The notes beneath the pieces are model-generated. The model did no database searches. It had not been told where the DNA came from and worked only from the letters and a program-made list of their open reading frames with translations. From Macrostomum lignano (taxonomy: Eukaryota): 52,771 nt of DNA. Below are positions 31,312 through 50,969 of the stretch, piece by piece; within the stretch, counting starts at the first letter, position 1; every line of letters begins with the position of its first letter. The stretch covers positions 1 through 52,771 of the forward strand of contig NIVC01004260.1 of the NCBI GenBank assembly GCA_002269645.1, written 5' to 3'. Made by a program: the position numbers and the translations under genes.

Positions 31312-34152
31312 TTTTCGATAGCCTAAAACTCAATAAACTACCTTAATATTTTCCCTAATGAACCTAAGTATAAGTACTGGCTACGGAACTGAAATTCTAG
31401 AAATTTCTGCACAACAAAATCCGATGCCTTTATCCGCTGCGTTCGAGGCTTAAATAACAAGGCTCAGACTCAGAATATATGAGTGATGAACAGCCACCGA
31501 ATATGCAAACAGATTTTATTTCATAACTCATAGGAGTAAATAGAAAATACCTAAAGGTTTCACTTTTAGCCATAGACAAATTACGGCAAACTAACTGATG
31601 TACTGACGTATGAATTTCGCTGTTTTGGCTTTAGAAATTTTGGTGGCCGACCGTTAGTTCGGCGACTTAAAGACTCAGGCGCCTCAAAGACCCAGTTAGG
31701 CGCCTCAAAGATTCAGTTAGACGCCTCAAAGACCCAGTTTGCGCGCTGCCAAGGCCTAATGAAGCGCGCCAGAGATTAGGACCTCATATATCGGTTCAAT
31801 ATGGGCTAACACCCTCAGGCTCTCGCTTCTCCCCTGACCGAACTCATCCCTGAAAAGAGTCAGCCTATACTCAACTGGGTTGATTTTTCATTAAGGCAAT
31901 TTGCCAATCATTAGTTAATCAACCGGCCTATCGAAGAAAAGCTTCCTAACTCCGATGGGACCATAATAAACAGACTTTGTTAGTATTTTCTTCATGCACG
32001 TTTCATGAACTAAAATTGGTATTCGACCCTAACAGCAGGAGTCTGGCGCCCTTCACCTCGCATATAGTGCCTTCTCTTTACCTTCTCTCTCCTTCCTATC
32101 TCTCTCTCTCTCTCTCTCTCTCTGTATCTGAGCTCCGAGCTCTGTACCAATCGATATTTAGCTTGGAGAGTCTAGGTGATTGAGTTACTGCCCATGTCCT
32201 CTCTTTCTGATTCTACACAGCTACAGCCCTGTCTGTCTGTCTGTCTGTCTGCCCTGCCCAAATCCTTTCTGTCTTCTATCGCCCGAGGGCTGATGCAGTC
32301 GTGCACACTGCAGGATCGTGGCGGCAGAATCTGAGGGTTTCCAGTCCGCTTATAGCCAGGGACGGCTTACGCTAGACATCTGAGTTGTACCCTAGGGCTT
32401 GCGCATGCATCCATGTTAATTATCGTCAATGCTAATTACTTATTCTGCTGAAAGTAAAACCAGCATTTTATTTTTCTGAAGGCTTGTGTTGAATTGATTT
32501 TGCGGATAGGTATGCGGCACGCAAATTTTCAGATATCCTGGGTGTGAATGGAGATTTTTTATCTCGTATCCAGATTTTCTGTGTCCAAAATTCCCGGCTG
32601 AGTGGGCTACTTCCTATCTACAGCTTAAATTGCCGCTGCACAGGTCTGAATGACACGGACTAGCAGGGGGAGAGCAGAAAAGGACTTTTAAACCGGGCTA
32701 GCGATTCCTGCTCTGGCCTGCGTCAAGGAAACCTTTGAGGCGGAATCTGGAGCTGCACAATTGTTTCCTTTGTGACCATTAACATGACTCGATGGACAAA
32801 TTAGTAATTTTTACATTATGCCAAGGTTAGAAAAAATATATAAAATGAAAACTTCATAAGTCGGTATTTGCCAAGAAAATGTCGGGAGTGTCGTCTGCAG
32901 TTTACGTAGGCACTAAATAAAGATAGCGGAATTTCTGCATTGTCTTCTACTAAATCAATCATAATTACAGTTATTGTGAACCAAATTTTCTAAACTTGGA
33001 CTCATTTCAAAGCTGGATAAATCCGTCATGTCTCAGTGGAAAATCTTTAGATTCAGGGTGATAGGCTACAAGCTAGTTTCGATGGAAATTTTGAAAATAC
33101 AAAATTTATGAACTAGTCGTCGAAATGCTGCACTCAAATGCTGCTACGCCTTGTCTGAAAATAGGGTGGTTTTAAGGAAATATTGTTGCCTCCAAGTTCT
33201 GGTTCTCGGACTCCTTGGCCTATCACCCTCTACCTTCGCGCTGCCGAATCTGCAGGCAGTCAGTCAATCCCCCGCGTAAGCACCGCCTACGCTTTATTGC
33301 CTAGTCGTCTCCTATACACTCGGCTCGCATCACCCGAGGAAGCACGACCCGAGGCTGCTTTCATTCACTGCTTTCTCTCTACCGTTCTTCTTGTCGAACG
33401 GAGGGATCGGGATCTAGGAACTGTCTCCCTCCTGTTCCCACCCACAGTACGTCTCCCCCCTTTTTTCCTTTAATCCCGCAGACTGTGCGCTCCCTTCACC
33501 CCGTCGCTTATCGATCAGCCGGACTCCCGTCCCCATTAGTCGAATCCTTCCCTTTTCTGTTCTGCCTCTACCCCCTCCAGTCTGCACGCGCTCCCACACT
33601 AGCGCACACAGTCCTGGCCTATTGCCGCTATAGGAAACATCTTATAGTCCATCTCGCCTCTTGCTTCTCTTCTCTCTCTCCCCATCTCCTTCTCATTCCG
33701 TAAATTTCTCTCCGTTTTCTCTCCCGCTCGCGCGCGGGCGCGCACTCAACTCCGGCTAACCGTGGCAGCCTCCTAAGACCCAGACTCCGTACCAAGTCCA
33801 GCTCTCCGCTGCCTCCTCTGTCCCTCTGCTATTCTCTTCTCTCTCCCCTCTCCCCCCAAGCCGTCTCAGAGTCTAGCGGGGGGGCACTAGCTAATCTCCT
33901 CTTCCTTCTTATTCAAGCGATTTTTTAGCAGAGAACGCGGTTCAATACCCAAGCACAGATAGAAGCCACAGCAGGCAGCAGCTGCTTGTCGGAAATCCAA
34001 CAGAAGCTGACAACACACACATATTAGAATAAAACAATTTGTCAACAAACAACACTTGACAACGCTGTGATCTAACTATCAAACGCAGCCGTATAGCTAG
34101 CCAGTTTTTCAAGCCATTTTGAGTAGAATTCAATCAATAGCAAACAACAGGC

Positions 34153-41050
<6,898 letters not shown>

Positions 41051-44000
41051 GATGCAGATTCAAAATCCTATTTGAACTCCATTATATATTATTGCACGTA
41101 CGATTGACTGATTGTGATTTATTAATTAACTGAACAAAGACTAAAGTAATTCAAGCCGAGCTTCTTATGGCTTTTCTTTAAATAAGAAGAATAATTATAG
41201 TTAACTACAAGTATGATATTAATAATAAGTTTTAATGTTTGTGAATTCGAACTTTTTTTAATAGGCTTTGCTTATAAAATCGACCCGAGTCTAACAAATA
41301 TCATTAAACAGGTTTGCCTAATACAAATTTGTCTGCCTCTCTATCTCACTTATGCTCTGATTTTCCAAATACACCAGTTCTCTCTATATAATCTTTCCTG
41401 TTTTTGTTTAAATTTATACTAATTATAATAAGCTAATATGTCATATTTATATATCATTTTGCTATTCTATAAATTTATGCAACATTGCATGCCGGCAGTA
41501 AGCTTATTATAATTCGATATATTATTCAGCTAGGACTTCAACTTTGCTTTATATTTTATACCTTATAAAACATGTCTTCATTTACTTATACATTAAATGT
41601 AATTGTTCGTTTCTTGGTTCTCTGAGCACTTCAGCAGCGACTGTAAGGCAACCTCGTCCTGCGGTTCAGAAAGCTTCATTATTGTCTGTCGTAATCCTTG
41701 CTGGTCAGACAACTTTCAAAGACTTCATGGTGTATATTTTAATCAGATGTTTCCACCTTTTGTATTACTATAATTGCACTTTACACGCACAATAACATTT
41801 AGTGACAAAGTTAAATTCAGATTATATATTTCTATAATAATATGAGCGTACATGAATAAAATGCACATTTTCTGGTCTATTTAAACAAATACTATTGGCT
41901 GTATTTTCAATTTTTCTTGACGTGCATCGATATAGTCAGTGTTTACAGTGTTTTGTTACCAACAATTTGCAAAAATGTAGTTCTTACTGATTACATGTAT
42001 TTAATCGCATGCATTAATGAAAATTTATCAATTTATAACAATCCAAGATTTATCAACTGTTTTGCCCAAAACAACCTGCTGTATCGACTTTTTTTAATCA
42101 TCTTTGTCCCTCCCTAAGTACGCTCTAATTGTACACCTTTTTTTTAGTTTTTGTAATGTTTGATTTGTTTCTATATCGGTAATATTTTAGTAAGCTATTA
42201 CAAAAAGTATAACATTCTTATAGCAATACGAATTATAAATTGTATCATTCAGACTATATGCGCTATTAACCAGTAAATATGCCCCCTTATATGCCTATCC
42301 ATTTTTCTGGGATGAGTCTAAAAAGCAAGAATTATACACAAGAATTATGCATGGTTTTTTCTGTACCTGGCTTATAGTGTATGATTTTTTGCCCCAGCTA
42401 TAATTTCTAATCAATTTTCAAGCCAGATCGAACAGCATGATTAGATGAAACATAATTGTACCTTATATTGAGCGCCGAATAAGTAAAATAAGTTAATGTA
42501 TGTACGAGTATTGTTAAAAAATCTGTTTCTGCACTAACGATTGGCACATGACCAAATAAATTCAACAGTTATAAATATACGATAATATATAGACTATTAT
42601 ATATAATATATACTATCGGAATAAATTCAAAATGTCTTTAAAAATTGAACTATTGCCGAAAAGGGAATTTTAATGGCACGTTGCTTCGTCGCACCAGTAT
42701 TGCAATATTAACAACTTCGAGCAGGATTGCTTGTAATTAATATTTATTATTTGTTGCTGTATACTAATTCACTTCTTGTGTAAGATAACAAAGAATTAAG
42801 TAGGTTAACCCGTGGTGTTACTGGGGTGCGATCTTTTGTGGGGTGGATTTCGAAAAAAATAGGGCTAGTGGATCGAGTAGCTAGGATAAAGTATGATCAA
42901 TAAAGGGGCTCATGTCGAAAATCTGCTGGAATATATTCCCTGATTTAATAAAAGATTAAAAGACACCAAAATGGGGAAGCATTGAAATTTTGGCAGATTT
43001 CTAAGATTTTATGGCTCCTAGCTACGCCCAGTTTTGGGTTTAATGCAGGTATTCGTAAAATGCATGTTTTGATTCCATCATGGTAATCTTAGTGTTAAAA
43101 ACTCCTTGAAAATTCTCTGATCTCTGCAACCCTTATTTCGAGACAAAATTTACTACGTAGATTAGAACCCGTTAAACTAAACATGAAAATCAAATTAGTT
43201 TTCTTTATAACATGGACTATAAAAAGTGTACACGTTACTTGTAATTTTGAAATATGCTTATTTGTATTAATATTAAATGTATTAGAAGACCAAAAAATAA
43301 AAAATTATGTTAAAAGTTCTTTTAAAAACTCTTAAAAAGAACAATTATGTTTTAAAGGTTTGCTGAAACAAACCATCTTTAATACTTTTGTTAACACTTC
43401 CTTTTGCGGAATCTAGAAGGTTCTAAGAAAAAACTTTAAATTTTCGTGAGTTTTAAATTGTAGATCTCGAACAACATCCGTTTAATCAGTGATTGCATTC
43501 AGGCTGCCTCATTCTGTCAATTAAAGCTTGAATAAAGGTTTTGGTTTGCTCAGATAAATTATAAGACAAATCCAACTTTAGTTTAGGTTGTAATATTTTG
43601 TGGCTTCTCTAGTCTAGTCCTTGCCAGACAGGAAAAATACAGACCTGAGCCCTGACTGATGGAGATGCAGTGATAAGGGAAGTAGGCCCATTAATACTAG
43701 TATTCTTTCTTTATGCCAGTGACAATGGAAATTACTGTAAAACTTTTATTGCTTAAAGGCTAAGGTTGCTTGCTAGAAATAGTATTGATTTTAAATTCAC
43801 AATAATTTGCCTTGGCTTAGCATTGGCACACCACACAATTCCTATCTTTAAAATTGCCTTTTTTAATTTCAAAGAAAAATCAACCAATAAGATGTTCACT
43901 TAGAGTCTTACTCTTAGATAGTTATAGTTGTTTGTTAAGCACTCATCCAATTAGCTATTTGTCCATTTAAATTGCTGTAAACTTTTAGCCAAAGTTTCAA

Positions 44001-44092
44001 AGAAAGAAGTAACTAAAAAGTCTATAGGCCCCCCTAACAAGATTTAAGAAACTGTTTTGTTCAAATCTTAATTTTCTACCTTTTTGTCAGCA

Positions 44093-47000
44093 ATGACTCT
44101 TCCTGGAAATGTTCTTGAAGTTAAGAGTAGAGTAAGTATTGATTTCATTTATAATTTGCAATTTTTCATTTTCATTTTATTTATTTTTTTTGTATAAAAT
44201 TCATAATATTTTAAATCAATTATTTAAATAGTTTGTTATCTACTAAATGCAAAAAAGCTTAGTTGAAATCCTATATAGCTTTAATATTTAATAACTACTA
44301 GTATCAAAATGTGCTAGGATGGAATTTTTGTACAAAATCCTGGACGCGTTCTGTGCACGCTAACAAAAACTTGCGCATATGGGCGCACATTTCTAGCGAA
44401 CTTGCGCAACTTTAAAAAGCTTATGTGCAGGCAGCTTAATATTCTTAGAAATCATGCATAATTTCATTGAAAGTTTGAATATTGCACTTGTCACAGTAAA
44501 ACAAAGTTATTATAACTTTAAAAACAAAGCTATCAAGAACTACATCAAACTGAAAATAATAAAATAAAAATTTATTAATTTTTAAGGATTTATTTAAACT
44601 TTTATAAAACATCATAAAAAAGTAGTTAAAAAATTCAAGTGGCTAACAACTTGCGCATTTACAGGTAAAAAACTTGCGCGAAAAAAAATGTGCGCAACTT
44701 TTTGTTCCAAACTTGTCATGCAAAGAATCTCTTGAAAGCAGGCCAGATGGCGTTGCAGTTCGGGTGGTAGACAACGAATCAGCGTGGCCTTTACCATATC
44801 TGGATTATCTTGTAGGCCACACTGAGCCATCTTAGATGTCAGACGCTTGACGAAAACAGATGGTTTGTCGCCACCCAGGTCCGATGTGTTTATGACCTCG
44901 TTGATTTTGTCCTGCTTGCTTTTCTGGAGCATGGCAAGCATGGCTTTCTTCAAGTCGCTGTAGTTTGCTGGCGTGGTCGTAGAGATGAAAATGGACGCGA
45001 TGTCTTCCGGGAGCTAGCAGATGAGATGACTGAAGTGAGTCTTCTCCGACGTGATGTTCCGCAGCTTAAACTGGGCGTCCAGCATCTAAAACCAGGCTTC
45101 AGGGTTGTTTCTGTAAAAAGAAGGTATTTTGAGGCTTACCGTGGCTAGTGATGACTCCTCAATCGGGTTCGGATGTTCCACTGATGCTGAGTTTGAAGCC
45201 ATTGGAGCATTCCCTGCATTGGCAGTCTGTGCAGTACCAGATGTTGCTTCTATTGACATTGTTGCTGTTTGACAGTGAATGCCTCACCGGACCAGTTGTA
45301 GGATTGCGAAAATAATTAAGGCGTGAAATGCGGTGGTTCATTTGCTTTAATTTTTCTTTGATTGTTTTCCGTGTGGAAAAGAATAGAGAGAATTGAGTAA
45401 TTGCGTGTTAGGGTGCTATATATTTATATATGTGTTGATAGAACATTCCGGAATCCGGAAAGTTCGAGAAGCGGTTTTTAGAAAGAGGTGCGCGGGAGTT
45501 CAAAATACCAAATATAGAAAGTGCGTGTTTACGCGGAAGTTTCTAGAATATAAGTATTGTACTTATAGTATGCTATCTTATACCGTATACGCACATTGTT
45601 CAGTTGGAAAACTTTCTAGAATATGAAGATTTAAACATGTTATAGAATATTATAGAAAATAGAAATACGCTTCAATACTTATAATATAATGAATACGCTA
45701 CATACCAATATATACTCCATAGTCTGGATCATGCTAGGTATATGCCTGAACAAAAATTGAATTAGTATAAATGCATGCCAATAAAAAGTGTGTGCATGCC
45801 CATTCTCAAAAATATGCCAATGTTGAAATAATAAATGACCTTTTTACATTGTGACAATAAATGACCTTTTTAAATTGCTTAATAAACCTTAATTAGCAAA
45901 TAATTTGGTTGATTTTTATGCTTTTTTGGAAATTTATTTATAGTGGAAAATTGATACATGTAAAGATTTGTTTAAATGCTTTATTGCAAGCTTAAAAAGA
46001 CCAGAAAGCTTGAAATTTATGCTTAAAAATAAACTTCTTTCATTTTTTCTACTTTATAATAACTCTTAATGCATGTGTAGTGTGATTCTATAAAGTACAT
46101 GCCAACTGTGCATGCCTAATTTAGGTGTGCAAGGCCAATGTATACTCAAATTTTTGGGTGTATATGATCTGGAGTGTGGTATATACTAGAATATCTTATA
46201 CATCAATGTATACCATTAGATTTGTTATCCCATATGAAAATGCTAAAACAAAAAGGATAAGTGTCAAATTATATTTTAGCCAATTATTTTTTCATTTTTG
46301 CAAAAAAGGTAAATAGAAACTCATTAGTATTTTGCAAACTATAAAGAACTAGTTTTATTTAAATCATTTTTGTTTTATTTTCAACTTTCTAAAAAAATTG
46401 AATCCAATTTTTAATTTAATTATACAATAATTTTTTGGGAGTTATATTTTTTTTATCAAAATTTAGCTATCCCAACTATGCATGTAGAGACTTTGCTAAA
46501 CTACTTAAACTTGGTCCTCTTTGTTTACTAGTTTGTTTACTAGTTGTATACATTGGTTGAGACTCTGAACTTGGTCCTAACTACTATCTTGGCAATCTTT
46601 GTATACCAAGATACATACTTGGGCTAGGCCCCTCTGTATGCCAAATTGTATTCCAATTATATATTCTAAGTCCTTCTATTCATTAGAATTTTCTAATGTA
46701 TATGCATACTATCTGGAGTCTAGAATGAGTAGAATAAAGTTCTACCATAACCAAAGTTTCCTATATCTATACCCATATCTAGACTAATGCTAGTAGACTA
46801 TATCAGATAGAGCAATAAATAAGGCAATAAGTAGAGCTAGAGGCTAGAGCATTTTCTGATACCATTTCTTATCCTTTTTAGCCCTAAACATTATTTTCTA
46901 CCATGGCACTATGTTGCAACACCAATTCAAACATTAAAATATCCCATAACAAACTAGAAGATTGCCATAATATCATAGTCCCAAATAGTCATATAAATAA

Positions 47001-50000
47001 CAAATCTTGACTTTTTGAAATCTTAAAACTAAGATTAAGATTTAAAAAAGTGCCAAGACCTTGATGATTAAGAATAAGATCAAGATCTTGACTTTTTGAA
47101 ATATCAAAACTAAGATTAAGATTTAAAAAAGTGCCAAGACCTTGATGATTAAGAATAAGATCAAGATCTTATCCAACCCCTAGACCTTTTTGATTATTCT
47201 CTCTCTCTTTTCTACTCTTTTCTATTCCCTTTTCCCTCCTCTTTTCTTTTCCCTCTCTTCATTGCCCCCTTTTTTCTTCTCTCTCCTTTCTTCCCTTTTC
47301 CCTATTTTCTTTCTTCTCTTCCTTTCTTTTTCTCTTTCCTAACTAGAGATGTTCCAAAAAGCAAATTTTTTGTCAAAATTGAAATCGAAATTGAAATTTT
47401 CCAAAATCAAAATTCAGAAAAACAAAGTTTAGTAAAACCGACACTCACTTTTCTACTTTCGATTTACTGCTCATACAAAACAAAATACATGTATATTTAG
47501 CAAAAGTTTGTTCATTTTCAGCCACTAAATAAGTAGAATCCCTCATTGCCACTTTTAAATGCAAAAAAAATTTTGACACGAAAACCACATACTGAGTTGT
47601 ACGTGTATAAAATGTACAGTTAAAATGTACAATTATCACTGCATGACTAGCAATAACTGATATTGTGTAAATGATAATGCATGTACATGTACAGTAAATG
47701 TACATATATGTACTGTAAAATGCGAAAAATATGCAATAATCTGCAGATGCTTTTGCAGCTTTAAAGTGCAACAAAATTTACAAAAATTTACAGTTCCACA
47801 AACTACATGTTACATGTCCTACATGCATGGAATAGTTTTAACAAATTCAAATAGTTTTACATGTAAAAATTGTAATAATACCCTGGTATCACCGATAAAA
47901 GACAGTAACAAAGTACTAAAAAAACTAAAATTGGATAAAAAATATCGGAAGTAGGCACTTCCAAAATTTTGACTTCCAAAATTTTTTCAAAATCAAAATT
48001 TGTTCTAAAAAAATCCAAATTTTGGAAAATTGAAATCAAAATTGAAATTTCGGAACATCTCTACTCCTAACAAATCTTTTCTTAAATTGTTCAAGTAACT
48101 AAAGTAACAAAATCTCCAAGTTTTACCAAGATCTTCTGTGAGGGCAATGGCCTACTTATCAGTTGATTTCCAAGAAGCCTCCTTTGCAATCTAGTTTTTT
48201 GATAGTGGCAAATGCTGGGCAGCTTCCTTATTGGCTTTATTTGTCTTAACTTAAGCCCCCACCATCCCAACCAAAATTATTGATATTGAAACAAGTGTTG
48301 ATAATAAATCCTTGATTTTTATGCATTAAAATAAAATGTTGAAGAATAAACAAAAATTCTATTTTTAAACAGTTTGGCGCTGAGTTCCGTCGATTCTCAA
48401 TAACCAAGGCAGAGTACAGCTTTGGCAGCAGCAACAGCAGCATCGATCCATTCAACAAATTCTACCTCCTATTGCAACAGTTGCACCTGCTCTCTGATCA
48501 GCCATTTCTAATATTCTATTCTGCCCGAGATGATGATGTTTTGCCAATTAACAATGCCGACAATCTGGCACATGCTGTGTCCAATGCAAACGGTCTGCTC
48601 AGGTTGCAAGTGAGTGCTTCACACACAGGGTCTACTATGACCAAATTTAAACCCTAAACATTCAAGACTGACAATAAATATAGAGCAGTGTACATTGTTT
48701 ACAGTAATTTACAGTGGATTTTTACAGAATTGTACACACTTGGTGTTTGTAGCAATATTCAGTGGGCTTTGTACTTATAAGTATAAATAGATGTATGAAT
48801 AATTATAGCAATGTACACTAGGTATGTACGATAATATACAGTGGGTATTTATGGCACGTACAGTAGGTATTTAGAGCAATGTAAACTGGGCATTGCATCA
48901 TTGTGCGCTTGGGTATTTACAGCAATTGAGAGTGGGTATTTACAGCAATTGAGAGTGGGTATTTACAGCAATTGAGAGTGGGTATTTACAGCAACGTACA
49001 CTGAGTATTTACAGCAATGTACACTGGGTATTTACAGCAACGTACACTGAGTATTTACAGCAATGTACACTGGGTATTTACAGCAACGTACACTGAGTAT
49101 TTACAGCAATGTACACTGGGTATTTACAGCAATGTACACTGGGTATTTACAGCAATGTACACTGAGTATTTACAGCAATGTACACTGGGTATTTACAGCA
49201 ATGTACACTGAGTATTTACAGCAATGTACACTGGGTATTTACAGCAATGTACACTGAGTATTTACAGCAATGTACACTGGGTATTTACAGCAATGTACAC
49301 TGAGTATTTACAGCAATGTGCACTGGGTATTTACAGCAATGTACACTGGGTATTTACAGCATTGTACACTGGGTATCTACAGCAATGTACATCTGCAATT
49401 GTACAGTCTAAAACCGTCCGAGTTCCCTGGAAACCCCCGCAGGTATTCCGCAAAGAAGAGTACACCGGCTACCTGTCAGATCTACCGCAGACCCGGCGTC
49501 ATCAGAAATCCCGTTTCGCCGTCGGCCCTTTCGCGTCATCCTCTTCGTCTAGCGCCGCTGCGCCTGCGCCCAACCGTCGAATCACCGTGCTGGAAGATTT
49601 CCGCAAAGTGTCCTCAATTATTGATGTAGACATTGTGCCGGAGTCCTATCGCCGCGTGAAGCTGATGCGCAGCAGCTCGAAGCCGCTGGGATTCTACATT
49701 CGCGACGGCACGTCGATCCGCGTGACGCCGAACGGCATAGAAAAAGTGCCGGCAATTTTTATATCACGCCTTATGCAGGGCGGCTTAGCCGAGAGCACCG
49801 GACTGCTGGCTGTGAACGATGAGGTTATTGAGGTCAACGGGATCGAGGTCACCGGCAAGACCTTGGATCAGGTAGCAGATTATCCTAATTAATCACTCAT
49901 CAGGTAGCAGATTATCCTAATTAATCACTCATCAGGTAGCAGATTATCCTAATTAATCACTCATCAGGTGGCAGATTATCCTTAATAATCCCCACCAGGT

Positions 50001-50558
50001 AGCAGATTATCCTTATTAATCCCCACCAGGTAGCAGATTATCCTTATTAATCCCCACCAGGTAGCAGATTATCCTTATTAATCCCCACCAGGTAGCAGAT
50101 TATCCTAATTAATCACCCACCAGGTAGCAGATTATCCTAATTAATCCCCACCAGGTAGCAGATTATCCTAATTAATCCGTATCAGGTAGCCGATTATCTC
50201 AATTAATCCCACCAGGTAGCAGATTAATCCAAAGGCAATCCGCACCCGCCCTCAGGTAACGGACATGATGGTGGCAAACAGCTCCAATCTAATCCTCACT
50301 ACAAAGCCAGTGAATCAGAGCACCTGTCTGCAAACAAACCGCCGTTCTCGCGCCAGCCAATTGTCGCACGAATCCAACTCGGACGCTCGCAGTTACCATA
50401 GCGACAGCGGCGGCATCTCTCGAGGCGGCATCGGAGCCGGCAGCTATCGTCAGGTGCAGGCGTCAGCAGCCGCGGCGCCCGGAGTACCTCGTCATCACGC
50501 ACACAGTGGCTCATTGCCAACGGCGGCTGCCTACGGTGCACCGGATGACACCCTGTGA
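44093..50558 (+). CDS. PARD6: Partitioning defective 6 (Par-6): PB1, semi-CRIB, PDZ; 335 aa
   Basis: Exons 44093-44131 ([13 protein letters not shown]), 48373-48609 (FGAEFRRF...LPINNADN...LLRLQ), 49443-49871 ([12 protein letters not shown]...[10 protein letters not shown]...IFISRL...[10 protein letters not shown]...KTLDQ), 50256-50558 ([18 protein letters not shown]...). All phase 0, total 1008 nt. Confidence 0.96.
44725..45702 (-). mobile_element. 5' half of a Gypsy-like LTR retrotransposon (LTR, PBS, dead gag), antisense in Par-6 intron 1
   Basis: 406-bp LTR at 45702-45297 bounded by TGTAG...CTACA; 2-nt spacer then TGG-initiated PBS (TGGTCCGGTGAGG, 45294 downward). Gag-like frame from ATG 45259: [23 protein letters not shown]...IT...YSDLKKAM...DLGGDKPS, with TAG stops at 45086-45088 and 45014-45016. 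No pol or 3' LTR seen. Confidence 0.82.
47003..47170. repeat. 81-bp direct duplication (AAGATC/AAGATT-rich)
   Basis: Two near-identical copies starting at about 47011 and 47092. Confidence 0.9.
47344..48063. mobile_element. hAT-type MITE, 720 bp, in Par-6 intron 1
   Basis: TIRs TAGAGATGTTCCAAAA and TTTCGGAACATCTCTA (15/16); 8-bp TSD TTCCTAAC / CTCCTAAC (7/8); subterminal AAATTGAAAT repeats at both ends. Confidence 0.85.
48900..49395. repeat. 23-bp intronic minisatellite near the Par-6 exon 3 acceptor
   Basis: Unit TACACTG(G/A)GTATTTACAGCAA(T/C)G. Confidence 0.97.
49869..50230. repeat. 31-32-bp minisatellite forming nearly all of Par-6 intron 3
   Basis: Twelve units CAGGTAGCAGATTATCCTAATTAATC..., the first overlapping the real donor. 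Confidence 0.97.
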
Positions 50559-50969
50559 TGCTGTGCTGGTTGATTAGATGTTGATTGACGCTTAAAAATA
50601 ATGTAAATTCATTCCATTAATTATCTTAAAATTATCCTATAATATTGTTTATTTTTACAAATGTAGCACCTTCTGATGATGCCGATGGTTATCAATTGTA
50701 ATTTAGAGTTGATTTTTTTGTTAAACCATTTTTTTATCGGAATCTACACTGTCTTGCTTATATATAATATAGTTGCATAATGTCTAGTTGTATGTTAATA
50801 GCTGTCCAGCTTATGTAGTCAGTCGATGCACTTTTATAAATTATCTTATCTAGTGAAGTCATAAGAGGTACTGGGTTCTCTTAATTAGTCGCATCACGTT
50901 TTTTTAATTAGTGGTAAATTCTTACGGAATGAGAATGTGATTTTGAAGCGCTTAATCCTTCCAAGGGAG

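Noticed and set aside
45014-45088. TAG reassignment or readthrough (two in-frame TAGs in gag; all five genes end in TGA)
   Set aside because: No in-frame TAA or TAG occurs in roughly 2,100 codons of modelled exons, including Q-rich tracts; CAG>TAG decay in a truncated element is sufficient.
47003-47185. Complete hAT element ending in CCAACCCCTA
   Set aside because: No matching left TIR or TSD found; kept only as an 81-bp duplication.
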